Positions 45,651 through 57,609 are shown, counted from the stretch's first letter. The stretch: 64,000 bases of DNA from an uncultured Nitrososphaeraceae archaeon (GCA_963837175.1 CAWIMJ010000050.1:32001-96000); one strand, 5' to 3'. A program made the numbers and translations. The notes: generated by a model not told the origin, from the letters alone.

Positions 45651-47084
45651 GTGAATAGGAAGGGCTGGTTCGTAAGATTTCTTATACTTGGAGCACTGGC
45701 AACAATTCTTATAATCAAAGCGTATTTATTACTCTACGTTCTGTTCTTCGTTGGAATTTACAGCTTCCTTACAACATTCATATTGTTCAGCATCTTTGTG
45801 TTGAGTTATTTTAAATATAGAGATCCATTTAACAATGCCAAAGATGTCATATTATCTTCAATTCATGTTCCACTCGTATCAATTGTGGTAGCTGCAAAAA
45901 ATGAGGAAGAAAATATCCGAAACTGTGTCCAATCTTGTATTAATAGCACCTACCAAAATAAAGAAATTATAATTGTTAATGATGGAAGTACCGATGGAAC
46001 AACCGAAATTTTAGAACAAATGCAAATAGAAAATAGATCAAAAATACGCGTAATTCATCTACCTAAAAGTGTAGGAAAAAAACAAGCCATTGAACATGCA
46101 TCTAACGTCGCTAAAGGAGAAATTTATGCATTTATGGATAGCGATTGTGATATGGCTAATAATTCGGTAGAAAATGCAGTGAAGATTTTTTCATTCGATG
46201 GAAATGTTGGTGCCCTTGCTACTTATGCAAGAGTAAGGGATGTAAACAAAGGTACCCTATTAGAGAAAATGCAAGATGTGTGGGCTGATGGACAATTTAG
46301 ACTACTTAAAGGAATGGAAAGTTCTTATAATTCTGTAACCTGCTGTTCAGGTTCATTGTCATTTTTTAGAAGAGAGGCAATTCAAGAATTTATGCATGAA
46401 TGGGCTCATGATAGATTTTTGGGTTTAGAGAATTTCAAATACGCAACAGACAGACGTTTAACTGCGAATGTTCTTGGAAACGAGGTCACCTCTAATGTGA
46501 ATATCTATTTGCAAACTAATGCTTATAACAAGAATAGTGTACAAATTCTAGAGAATATAAAAACTTCTACCAAAAACAACGGGGAATTTGGGTCTTTAGG
46601 TAATTATGTAAATGGTTCTAGCAAAGTTGAAAGACGAAATTATTGGAAGGTAGTATATAGCCCTAGTGTAAGAGTGAATATGGGAGTCCCTAAAACTTTT
46701 CGTGCACTTATATTACAACAAGTTCGATGGAGAAAGAGCTTTATCAGAAGCATCTTTGCAACAGGAAAAATATATTGGAAACGTCCGTTAGTTGCAGCAC
46801 TATTATATTATTTATCAATTGGAATGAAGCTCATAAGACCATTTATCGTAATATCCTCACTATTTATTATGCCATTTCTAGGAGATTATCTTACACCTGT
46901 ATTTTATTTTACCGGAATATTTTTTATAGGAATGATTTATGCTGTTGACTTTAAATTGTGTAATCCCAATAACGATATGTGGATATACCGCCCATTGATG
47001 ACATTACTTTCTACATTCGTATATGTTTGGTTGATATTTTATGCACTGATAACAATTAGAAAAACAACAAAATGGAGAGATTAG
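45651..47084 (+). CDS. Processive GT2 polysaccharide synthase (HasA/NodC-like)
   Basis: NDGSTD, GKK, DSD, CCSGSL, TDRRLT and QQVRW motifs. TM helices at both ends. Confidence 0.88.
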   Translation: MNRKGWFVRFLILGALATILIIKAYLLLYVLFFVGIYSFLTTFILFSIFVLSYFKYRDPFNNAKDVILSSIHVPLVSIVVAAKNEEENIRNCVQSCINSTYQNKEIIIVNDGSTDGTTEILEQMQIENRSKIRVIHLPKSVGKKQAIEHASNVAKGEIYAFMDSDCDMANNSVENAVKIFSFDGNVGALATYARVRDVNKGTLLEKMQDVWADGQFRLLKGMESSYNSVTCCSGSLSFFRREAIQEFMHEWAHDRFLGLENFKYATDRRLTANVLGNEVTSNVNIYLQTNAYNKNSVQILENIKTSTKNNGEFGSLGNYVNGSSKVERRNYWKVVYSPSVRVNMGVPKTFRALILQQVRWRKSFIRSIFATGKIYWKRPLVAALLYYLSIGMKLIRPFIVISSLFIMPFLGDYLTPVFYFTGIFFIGMIYAVDFKLCNPNNDMWIYRPLMTLLSTFVYVWLIFYALITIRKTTKWRD

Positions 47085-47780
47085 CGCAACTGAAAAAAGC
47101 AGTGTTAAAATAAACAATAAAGAAGTAGTAGATCAAGAATTTGATATTATTATTAAAGACCGAAATAAGACAGAACACAATATTATGATGTAGATTAATA
47201 AAGACACCATAAAAACATCAACATGACCATCTTCACAATTAGGAAGAGCCGCTAAACAAAAAGAAGAGTAGAATAAAAACATCAAAAAATGAAAAATGAA
47301 AAGCAGAACTTACATAGGTATTATTGTATACCTAAACAAAACGATATTATATCAAATGCAAAGGACGTGAACATTGGAACAAAAACAACATGTTATCTAA
47401 ATATTATATGTGAAGCTGTTAGAATAAGTATATATAAGATCCTGTGTATTGCTATGTAAACATCATATAATATAGATTAGAAATAAAAAGAACATTTTTG
47501 AGAATTTTTAAGGTAGATTCAAAATGACAAAACGACAGTAATATCTTTGCTTAATGTTTTGGATAGTTGTTGCATTATTCTAATACTAATCCACTTGTGT
47601 AATATAAAATAAAATAGTTTTATTTATTTATGCTAGACCATATCATAACTATCCTTTTCAATTATGTGTTAGATTTAGAAAGAATAATAAGGAATTGTTA
47701 AAAAGTTAAAAGATATGCAGGAAGATAAATTTTTTATAAGACTCTTATGTCTTTTTAATTATCAGTTGAGGCAAACATAG

Positions 47781-48797
47781 TTGAAAGCTTCAGATTCTAA
47801 AGAAAACAAAATATCAAGGCGAGAATTTCTTAAGTTAGTGGGAGCAAGTATAGCTACTAGCTATTTTGCATACCAAATTGGCATTTTAAATAGTATATTA
47901 GGAAAACCTACCAGAAAAAAAGAGGCATACGCAGCGGCATTAACAACAGGGATGTTAGATGAAGACGGTATTCTTATGATGGGAACACCTATACCTGGTG
48001 GATATTCGTATAGATTCGATGTAAATAACGACCCGACATTTGATAAAAGATTGGAAATTGCAACTGGGGCATTTGAATTTATGCAGGAAGGAGGTATTAA
48101 GTTTATTAGATTTACGGGTGGCAACCCAGGCAACACAGGACAGGGAAGATATTCAGTACGTTTCCACATCTTCACTGAAGATGCAGCAGATGAAAACAAA
48201 CAGAAATATAATTGGACGAATGGGGCGTCGCAATATGGTTGGTTGACGAACCCCAACGATCTCTCCAACGGAGAATGGACCTATATTTGCCGACCAAATG
48301 GAATCATGAAACCGGAAGACTCGATAGTTGCAAAACTTGGAGGCGGTAGGCACTCCGTTCAAGCTGATAAATTTCATGACGCTTCATGCTGGAATGTGCA
48401 TTGGGCATACAATGCTTCAATAATAGATGCAGTATCTTTTGAGTATGACCATCCTCATTATGAACATGGTCATACTGTCAAGCAATTCAACAAATACCAA
48501 CCATTGGGTGACAAATGGTTTGGATGCAAGGTTGTAAGTATAGTAAATTCTGACAAAAGTGCACGACATATTGTAACTTACTTTAACGAAGACCCTATAG
48601 ATATTAACACAGGTAAACCAAAAAATGAAGGGTGGAAAAAGTATTTTGAATTTATACACACGGGTCAAGGAGATAAATATAATATCCCACATACATGGGG
48701 TGGAGCAAAGAACACTTGGCGTAATGATTGGTTAACAAGTATGGATATCGCATATATGAACCATAGAGCAATAAGCGCTTTTAGTAACCCTATCTAA
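47781..48797 (+). CDS. Tat-exported beta-rich protein, possibly carbohydrate-active
   Basis: SRREFLK twin-arginine signal with AYA cleavage motif. Trp/His-rich beta-sandwich-like body. Confidence 0.75.
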   Translation: MKASDSKENKISRREFLKLVGASIATSYFAYQIGILNSILGKPTRKKEAYAAALTTGMLDEDGILMMGTPIPGGYSYRFDVNNDPTFDKRLEIATGAFEFMQEGGIKFIRFTGGNPGNTGQGRYSVRFHIFTEDAADENKQKYNWTNGASQYGWLTNPNDLSNGEWTYICRPNGIMKPEDSIVAKLGGGRHSVQADKFHDASCWNVHWAYNASIIDAVSFEYDHPHYEHGHTVKQFNKYQPLGDKWFGCKVVSIVNSDKSARHIVTYFNEDPIDINTGKPKNEGWKKYFEFIHTGQGDKYNIPHTWGGAKNTWRNDWLTSMDIAYMNHRAISAFSNPI

Positions 48798-49176
48798 AAT
48801 TAATACTAATTGGTATCAGTCCTGCGGTCATTTTAGATATTAAGTATACTACCTAAAAAGAATATGACTACTCCCTAGTAGAATTATTTGATGAGATAGA
48901 TTTAATTCATTTACATAGTTATGTTCTACCATTAAACACATCTATTTCTTTGAATTGACATAAAGATTATACTACTTTTGTTAGAACAATATAGGCTAGC
49001 CAAAAAAGCCGATATAAGTGAAATAGCCACGTCCGACCGGCTTCTAGTATTATTGTTTCTTCGCATAATTGTTATCATAATTTCTTGGAACACTATGGTT
49101 AGACATCGGATACGTTCAACACAATTGTGAAACACGAATATTATGGCTGGTATATAACTTTTAATTGTGACCAATT

Positions 49177-49862
49177 GGCTCTGTTCATTTAACCGGTGTA
49201 GTATTCATTACTTCCTTATTGTGTATATCTATAAACAGTTTCAACCAATTCTTTATGTGATTTAATTTGTAATTATCTTTTCTACAAGGAAAGTAATCAT
49301 CAAACGCTTCAGTTCTATCGTTGATGTATTGGATTGTTCTCTCAATAATGCTTTTCTCATATGTTGAATGAATATGATGTTCTATCTTCAGGAGTTTACA
49401 AGCGTATGAATACCATGTTCCTCCATCATCTGTTGAAAGTGAATGCTTTCCATAATCTTTTATTAATGAATTCAGGAATCGTTCTGCCACAAGAATTGTT
49501 CTTTCAAAAGAAATGTGTATTCCAAGAATGAATTTATTGATTGAATCGATAGCAATCCACAGCCAAGCAAATTGATTGCCAACTTTAATCAGAGTTTCAT
49601 CTATTATTATGAATGCTTGTATTTTCTTTTTCTTTTGCAGTATCTTCTTGGTTGGCTTGTACTTTTGTATCCAATTCCAGACGGTAACATGATTTCTCTT
49701 AATAAATGGCAAAAGTCTTTCAGATGTCTTTTTTAAAGATAGACCAGAAGAATATAAGTGCAATGCATATAGAGAATATATTTTGATGCTGTTTTGTTAC
49801 TTCTATACATTAAGAGAATAACAATGTATTAAGCTATACACTTTTCCTAAGTGAACAGAACC
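49177..49862 (-). mobile_element. Canonical short IS6-family element (686 bp)
   Basis: IRs GGCTCTGTTCATTTA and GGTTCTGTTCACTTA (13/15). Flanks GACCAATT and GACTAATT (7/8 TSD). Confidence 0.92.
49185..49810 (-). pseudogene. IS6 transposase, frameshifted near the start
   Basis: MYRSNKTASKYILY / ALHLYSSGLSLKKTS..HVTVWNWIQ..IDETLIK..STDDGG..IIERTIQ. Confidence 0.85.
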
Positions 49863-49956
49863 GACTAATTCCAAATACTCTTATATTATAGCCACATATA
49901 GTTCACATACATTTACTTCCAACAAGGCGTTTTTTATTTTGGTCACTGGTGAACGG

Positions 49957-50087
49957 GTATTTCTTGAACACTTAGATTGTTCGGACTATAAAATACAGCT
50001 GCATTCATCTTCTGTTTTAACGATAACAATTAGATACTACTATAGAAGAGTTGTAGGTCAATAATATAATTTAATATTTAATACAAT
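49957..50087 (-). repeat. Inverted duplication copy B1 (131 bp)
   Basis: 130/131 identical to the reverse complement of 58128-58258 by hand alignment. Confidence 0.95.
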
Positions 50088-50155
50088 AATTAATTTCTAT
50101 TGAAGTTATACAATGTAAAAGGATAATATTTTAGATAATAATAATAGAGTCCTAC

Positions 50156-51071
50156 ATGACACGAATATTTGATCCACATATCCATATGTATTCTCGTACT
50201 ACTGATGACTATGAGGCAATGTCTATAGCTGGAATTGAAGTTATAGTCCAGCCTTCTTTTTGGCTTGGTGGACCAAGAAGATTTGTAGGAACATTCGAAG
50301 ATTATTGGGAACATATGATTTCATTTGAAACCCAAAGAGCTAAAGAATTCGGAATAGAACATTTTGTTTGTATTTCAGTAAATCCAAAAGAAGCTATAGA
50401 AAGACCATTAGCTCTGGATGCTATTGATGCAATGGTTAAGAATGGATATCTTGATAGGGAAAGAGTTGTCGCTGTTGGAGAACTAGGTTATAATCTGATT
50501 AACGATTTAGAAGAAGAGGTATTTGTAAAGCAGATGGATATTGCTGCAGAGAAGAATATGCTTATGACAGTTCATCTGCCACATAATAATAAGCTAGAAG
50601 GAATGAAAAGAATTGAAAGGATTCTCCTAAATAATAATGATAATGATAATGATGGTGATGGTGATGATGAGAAGGAGAATAAAGGAGGTAGTAGTGGTGG
50701 TACTATTGGTAGTAGTAGTGGTAATAGTAGTCATAGTAGGTACAACAGAGAAAAAATACTTGTCGATCATAACGTAGAAGAAACTATTGAGAAAACATTG
50801 GAACTAGGAATGTGGGCTGGTCTGTCTGTTTATCCTGTTACAAAACTATCTCCTAAGAGAGCAATGAAAATAATAAAAAAGTATGGTACAGAACGTATAA
50901 TGATACATAGTGCTCGCTGACTGGGGTATATCAGATCCATTAAGTGTTCCTCTAGTTGCTAGAGAGATGAGAAAGTCTGGTGAATTTACTATAAACGATA
51001 TTGAAAAAGTTACCTTTTATAATGCGTACGAATATTATAAACAGTCAGATAGGTTTAATTGGAAACCTTAG
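50156..51071 (+). CDS. TatD-like amidohydrolase (EboB-type), 1-nt insertion at about 50915
   Basis: FDPHIHMYSRTTDDY, VGELG, VHLPH and VDHN motifs. Removing C50915 gives SAADWGISDPLSVP...WKP* (TAG 51071). Confidence 0.88.
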
Positions 51072-51349
51072 ATGTGTCTGTTTTGTTATTAGTTTGTTCT
51101 ATATTGATATTATGATTGATGTGAGGACGAAGGGGTAATATATTGTCTTTTGTGATATTGTAATTTTTAGTCTCATTACTTTCGTTGTCTCCTTTTTATT
51201 CAACTATGAGACAATTGGCTTGCCACGATCTACTCCAATTCCATGAATCTTTTCTAACTCCAGAATTCGCCTAAGCTTTCAGTTGTTTATATATTATTTT
51301 TTAGGATTACCTAGATAATACCTGAGTTATTCATATCCATTACGTGCTT

Positions 51350-51960
51350 AGTTAAAATTGTCTACACGAATGAGATAGGGTGCCTGTGAGATCTTCAATG
51401 TTCTTAACCTGTATTACTATTTGTCTTGGAGCTATTTTGAAATCCATTATGGTAAAATCTAAAGACCCATACATTTAAAACTTGGTCTGTCAAATTGGTC
51501 ATCCAGGCAGTCAAATCCGTCGTCAAGTTGAGCAAAGCATAGAATAACCTACTGATTAGAGTACAATACATACTCAATTTTAATATTATCTACTTCTCTC
51601 CTTAATTCCTGCTTTGTCGTGTCTCTATTTCCTGACCCTTGTCCAATCCACAATTATATTTTGGTTAAACGAGGTTACTCATCAACATAGGCTGGACGAA
51701 TGCTGTATCCCATAGTTTTCCTGGTATAGGATCAAATCCAATTCCAAAGCTATTCCGTATTTCATAGTCATAATAGCATTTACTTAGGGCGGCTGAGTCG
51801 CCAAGAATGATATTACTATGCTAATATTACTTGTTAATGCCCCTTCGCTATTTTAAATAATTCTATGTAGATCAGCCCTTCCATCAGCATCTGTTCCATC
51901 TACGTGATTTTGGATGTTGTCATTTAACCACTCTTTAGAGCTTTATATGCATAACCAGAC
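51350..51960 (-). pseudogene. Decayed GSDH remnant
   Basis: YYDYEIRNSFGIGFDPIPGKLWDT is readable at about 51705-51776. Many stops elsewhere. Limits approximate. Confidence 0.7.
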
Positions 51961-52120
51961 TATCCATATCCCATACTTGATTTTTTATTTATTCTATTTG
52001 GTATCAATATAATGCATGCTAAAATTGCTTGTACAATAATTATTAAATATAAGTTCTTTTACTATTATTTTTATGATCTGATTAAGGAACAATATTTTTA
52101 ATACAAATTTGTTCACAATA

Positions 52121-53488
52121 TTATTTTTTTATAACATAGAAATCATGGATTTTTTTCGTTTTTTTCATTTTATCTAGGATATAATACTCTAGCATTGCCC
52201 AGAATGCAGGAAATGTCTCAATGAGTCCGATCACGAAGGATAACAATAGAGTTTGAAGATGCAATACAATTCTCTTAATTACACTGACCTTTGAATATCT
52301 CGTATTAAGGAATAATCCCAACTGATATGAAAAGAGCCACATAATATAGGGAAATAGTAAGACCAAGCCAACGATCGGATCAAGAGTATTACCGTTGATT
52401 GAGGCATTAACTGTTGATTCAGAAAAAAATGTTTTCATTAGTATATCGAACCATGATGTTATGTCTAAATTAATACCATGCATTGGTAACAATGACAGGA
52501 GTTTTGGAATATAAGCGTGGAAATAAAGAATTGTAGAAAGGACACCTGAGACAAATCCCATAAAATACGTGGTTAACTTAAACATTAGTTTAAACTTATG
52601 TATTAATGGAAATCTCTGCATATTTTGCAAACTTCCGATAACCCACCTACGTCGCTGCATAAAATGATCTTTTAGGTTGAGTGGCGGTTGTTCAAGCAAT
52701 ATTCCTCCATGCCAGCCCATTGACTTTGAACCATACTTCTCATAAATTTTATAGCCGAAAATTTGATCCTCTGCAAGCGTTTGTCCGAAATTCCAACCTA
52801 TTGAATCCTCAATATCTGATCTGACTAGTAAATTGCTCCCATGCATATGCAATGGAGGAGGATTTGTCATTTGCGAAACACAATCATAGCATGTAAACGG
52901 CCTTATAGATTCTGCAATAGCTGTTAAAGGATTTGCAGACTCGAACTTTAATGGATAAAAGATTGGACCCTCTGATGCAATTGCATTCCCCTCTCTAATG
53001 AATTTTAGCAAAGAAATAATAGTCTGATTTGTCACATAACTTTCGTCATCCATATGAAATATCCAATATGAGGCGATATTTTTGCCAGCTTTACGACGGT
53101 GCTCAACGGCATATTGTAGAGCTCGCCCTTTTTTGATTGCAAACGCTTTAAATTTCTTTTCAACTACGATCACTTCACATTTGATACCATTTAATGTAGT
53201 TCTATCCTTGGGATCATCTGTGATTATGGAAATTTGATAGTTGTTATAGTTAATTTTTAAAGAAGAATTTATTATCGAATCAATTCCCCTTTTTACAACA
53301 GGTGTTTTTGTAGCTGAACGAGTAGTTATCTGAAAAATTATATTTGGATCATTATAAATTCGTCGAAGATCATGCTCTACAAAAGTATTTCTATTCTTTA
53401 AGAATCTTCCTAGGGTCAGAAAGGCAACAGGTATGGTGGAGAACCAGAAAGAGGCGAGTATGATCATCACAACATTCTCTAACAACAC
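52121..53488 (-). CDS. GT2 glycosyltransferase, Egghead/beta-1,4-mannosyltransferase-like
   Basis: KGRALQY, WIFHMDDES, HGSNLLVR, AED and QRRRW motifs with TM helices. Confidence 0.82.
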   Translation of the reverse strand: MLLENVVMIILASFWFSTIPVAFLTLGRFLKNRNTFVEHDLRRIYNDPNIIFQITTRSATKTPVVKRGIDSIINSSLKINYNNYQISIITDDPKDRTTLNGIKCEVIVVEKKFKAFAIKKGRALQYAVEHRRKAGKNIASYWIFHMDDESYVTNQTIISLLKFIREGNAIASEGPIFYPLKFESANPLTAIAESIRPFTCYDCVSQMTNPPPLHMHGSNLLVRSDIEDSIGWNFGQTLAEDQIFGYKIYEKYGSKSMGWHGGILLEQPPLNLKDHFMQRRRWVIGSLQNMQRFPLIHKFKLMFKLTTYFMGFVSGVLSTILYFHAYIPKLLSLLPMHGINLDITSWFDILMKTFFSESTVNASINGNTLDPIVGLVLLFPYIMWLFSYQLGLFLNTRYSKVSVIKRIVLHLQTLLLSFVIGLIETFPAFWAMLEYYILDKMKKTKKIHDFYVIKK

Positions 53489-55056
53489 CTTACTGGCTAA
53501 TCTCTTCTTTTATAAAAGATTGCTTTTTAAAGCCAGTTTTTAAAGAAATATTGCACAATTCGCTTTGAAAGGAAGCGATGGAGAAAGAAGTTAGTATGGA
53601 AATAAAGGAACTATCTCCATCTCGGTGGATATGATAAATAAATCTCGGCGTGTAAAATTAGGAAAGGTAAAAGTTTCCAACTAGCTGGTCAGAGTGTAGG
53701 AAAAGGTAAGTAAATGACATTATATTAAAAGGGTCCGAAGATATACTGGTTAGCCTATAGCAAGATTTTATACAAGTTTAATTTGGTTATTAGAGTTATT
53801 GTTCAACGAAATATACTTTTTTTCTGAAATTGTTAGTTATAATGTATAAATACAACCATCATTTAAAAAACCTGCTATCAAACATATTAAAAAGCTAGGT
53901 TTCAATTATAGATACTTCAAAAATTATCTCATTATGCATGTATAGACAAACAGTTCATCAAATATATGAAATGATTACTACATTGAATTCGCGTGCTTTT
54001 AATAATATTATGAGGATCTTATTTGGAACTGGAAATTTTTGAATAAAGTAGATATGGAAATGTAATTTCTATAACGCAATTAATCTCATATGGTTAAGCC
54101 ATTTTAAAGACTAATACTTATTCGCCTCCAGGGTTTCAGGGTGCAAGCCGCTCAACTTCTTCATTTACTTCAAAAGTTTATCATTATCATGATAGCAGCC
54201 AATTCATATACCATCTTGATTGCCGTGTTTTCAACGATATACACCGGGTATCTTGACTATGACATATATCCCACTAATATTATCAATTATTACTATGGTA
54301 TTGTCATATACGTTATGACTAACAGAATAATATATTCTGATAGAAGATCTTTTCATCATTTTATCCATTGTCCATATATTTCTACTTTTTAGTTACTTTG
54401 ATTTTGCTTTGCATCCAAATATGTGTGGCAAATTTCGTTGACAAAAAGCATCTGCGTTATAATATAATCTATTTCTTCGACATCAAAATTACCGATGGCA
54501 AATATTCCAGTTGTTTGTAGAATACTTGTTATCTCAAATTCTATATCTTTTATTGTGATCTTGACGATAAGCTACGGAAACTCAAGGTATTCAGTGAATT
54601 ATTATATTATTTGTATAGGATACACATTTTCTTATTTTAAATCTGAGCCATAGTGATTAAGGGCTTGTTCTGTTCATTTGGTATTACTTTTAAAACCAAC
54701 AATTTTTTTCCTTGGCTTGGTGTTGTTCCCTTCATGGTGACGTTTGCGTCTATCCTACTAGAGTAATAGCTTAATGTGTGTATTAATAACATTTGTGCAT
54801 TAAATTAGAGTGGTATAAAATCTCGTGTAATTTTTTAAAATCGTGTAAAGTCGTGTAATTACGGGCTACACTACAGCATGCCGGAATATATAATTTTTCT
54901 TATAGTTGCAGTTTCTCATCATTTTGCCTATGCTATCGAGTTAAAAAATAGATAATTAAATATCACATACAATTCACTACAATATTTGTACGATATTATA
55001 ATATATAATAAAATATCAATCTCCTTAACAATAAACTGTGGTAGGTTAGTGCATTG

Positions 55057-55692
55057 ATGACAAAATCAATGTTAGTCATTTTTACAATTATAACAGCGTT
55101 AGTACTTACACTAACAAAGCGTAATTGGTAGCTTTCTATTACCCACCCAACATTTGCTGAAATGATGAAGAATCGCCAGCAGCAGATAAAGAAGACAAAG
55201 TCATGACATATATCCAAGATAATAACAATAATGAAGCTCTATCATTTAGCACGACTGTGAACTAAGGAGACAATAGTGATAAAGGTGATGATGTGGATAA
55301 TACATATATAACATCCTCTACGAACGATGGAGAAGGTGACCAAGAACGCAAAACACGAAACCTTCTAAAAAATGTATATGATCCAGGGGATTGAGTATTC
55401 TCTCTTCATGCAAAGAAGTAGTCGGTATAGTACGTGATTCTGAACGTGTAAATGATGGAGACGTCAGGTTCTATTTAGATGTTGAAGATGAGTACGAAAT
55501 TGCTAAATGAAGAAAACTACGATAGATGTAATGGACTGCTAATAGTAGGAATTATTCCAAAAGAACAGGGTTCTAGCATGATTGAAATTCCGGAAGTTGG
55601 TAAGAGAGTTAAAGTTGTTGGAGTATGGGTAAGGGATGGAGGATGGAATGAGATACATCCATCCAGCATGGAAAGTGGAGGTTTTAAACTAG
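55057..55692 (+). pseudogene. Secreted OB-fold-like protein, multiple frameshifts
   Basis: Fragments NVYDP/LSILSSCKEVVGIV..DGDVRFYLDV/KLLNEENY..VKVVGVWVRDGGWNEIHP/AWKVEVLN*. Confidence 0.6.
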
Positions 55693-56382
55693 AATATACT
55701 TTTCCTACTATTGCAAAATGAATAAAATGTGATCGCCAAGTGTCATAAAATCTGATATATTACCCATAGATTTATCATTTAATGAGTCGAAGATATCGCC
55801 AAATATTCGCAGAATAAATAATGGTGGAATATGCCATTTTTTACGCCGTATTCAAAGGGCAAAAGCTGATAGTGAAGATAATAGGATCTAACAATATCGT
55901 GATGATCTACATTGGATTATCCCTACTATTGTATTAAAAGTTCACTTGGAGAGTAGTTTTAAATGGTCCCAACCTCTTAGATGCCAATGGTATCAGGCTT
56001 GTAAAGACATTTTTGAAATTCCTGCATCCTCGGAGTTAGTAGGATATAATCAAGTTTTTATCATTAAAAGGTATCAACCCGAATGTATTAGCATTTCCTC
56101 AAAAATGGATATTTTTCAATAAATTTTTTGCTCTCCAACTCATAAACTCCTATTCTTATATCTGTACTAGGCAAACTTAATAATAATAAATCGAAAATCC
56201 TATATATTATTATACGAGAATCACATATGGCAATGAATAGATACAGAACTGTCAATCGTTATTATGGTGCTAGCTCCAAAATTGCAATGCCTATTGACAG
56301 CAATAATGGAATAATCACGACTTCGAAAGCAGCGGCTGCAAGAGAAAGATGCTAGACTACACCAAATGGATAAGAGGGGTTT

Positions 56383-57609
56383 GTGGTGCAAGATCTTATT
56401 AGCGAAAAGCGTTTTTTGTCTATTATAATTCCAACATACAACGAAGCTGAAAATATTTTGAAACTATTAGATGCAATAAGATATCATTTACCTACTGATG
56501 TTTCCGCAGAGATAATAATAGTAGACGATAATTCGTCTGATGGTACAGGAACACTGGTTGAAAGATATATACAAAGTATAACAAATGAAATGCTTGATAG
56601 CACTCAAACAAACAATCGTAAAAATATTTATAGAAAATGCCGAGTTAAAATTATTCGTAGGCAGACGAGGAATAGTTTAATTACTGCTATATTGCATGGC
56701 GTAAGATTTTCTAACGGACAGAATGTTCTAATTATGAAGGGAGATTTTTCACATCCTCCTGAGATCATACCACGCCTAATAAATGAATTGAATCAAGATC
56801 CAAATTGCATAGTTATTGCCTCGCGATATATTAAAGGAGCATCAATAGTAGGCTGGCCTTTTAAAAGATTGATGTTTAGTATGAGTGCTGTAAGAATAGC
56901 AAGACATAGTTTGAAACTAAGAAATGTTAAAGACCCTATGTCTGATTTCTTTGCTCTTCCACATCATGCATTAAAAAATATTGAATTTGATATACAAGAT
57001 TTTAAAATTTTATTAGAGATTCTTGTTAAAGATAAGAACCTAAAAGTAAGAGAAATACCATTTACTTTTAATGATCCACACTTTGGAAAAAGTACACTAA
57101 ATTCCAGAGTTATATTTAATTATACTAAGGCAATATGGCAATTGTATAGGTACGGACGAAATTCTAGTAAAGCGATACAGAATAAGCAAGAACGTAGAGG
57201 GTTAATACTATTTCTATCGAAAGCTGCGAGATTTTTCACAGTTGGTGCTAGTGGATTATTAATAAATTATATAATATCGTCACTTCTAACTGGCGGTACC
57301 GTATCCAACTTATGGTATATACATGGTACCTTGGTAGGGATTTTAGTTTCAATAACTACGAACTTTTTATTAAACAAGTTATGGACATTTGAAGATAAAA
57401 ATTTCTCACTTTACCATACATTGAAGCAGTATGGCTTATTTGTAGCTTTTAGTTCCTTAGGAGCATCAATCCAATTATTGCTAGTTTATCTTCTAGTAGA
57501 ATCAGGACTTAGCTATAGTCCTTCGTTAATAATAGCAGTTGCTACTGCGGCAATCAGTAATTTTATTCTCAACAAAAAATGGACCTTTCATGAGAAAATC
57601 TGGAAATAG
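56383..57609 (+). CDS. Dolichol-phosphate mannosyltransferase-like GT2 fused to a GtrA domain
   Basis: SIIIPTYNE, VDDNSSDGT, FSHPP and ASRY motifs. C-terminal GtrA (RFFTVG..NFLLNKLWTF..NKKWTF). Confidence 0.88.
   Translation: MVQDLISEKRFLSIIIPTYNEAENILKLLDAIRYHLPTDVSAEIIIVDDNSSDGTGTLVERYIQSITNEMLDSTQTNNRKNIYRKCRVKIIRRQTRNSLITAILHGVRFSNGQNVLIMKGDFSHPPEIIPRLINELNQDPNCIVIASRYIKGASIVGWPFKRLMFSMSAVRIARHSLKLRNVKDPMSDFFALPHHALKNIEFDIQDFKILLEILVKDKNLKVREIPFTFNDPHFGKSTLNSRVIFNYTKAIWQLYRYGRNSSKAIQNKQERRGLILFLSKAARFFTVGASGLLINYIISSLLTGGTVSNLWYIHGTLVGILVSITTNFLLNKLWTFEDKNFSLYHTLKQYGLFVAFSSLGASIQLLLVYLLVESGLSYSPSLIIAVATAAISNFILNKKWTFHEKIWK

Larger units (their letters stand above)
48900..50029 (-). pseudogene. 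Decayed paralog of the Zn-dependent dehydrogenase at 58186, interrupted by IS6
   Basis: Start is near-identical to 58186. Continues as LLEVNVC../ICGYNIRVFG up to the IS, and beyond it DNA similar to the CRYCYNKQYNLCINLKEI-coding stretch. Left limit approximate. Confidence 0.75.

Noticed and set aside
54100-54720. Short ORF 54141-54392 and an IS6-end-like GTTCTGTTCATTT near 54667
   Set aside because: No recognisable protein. No partner IR or TSD, so at most a tiny scar.
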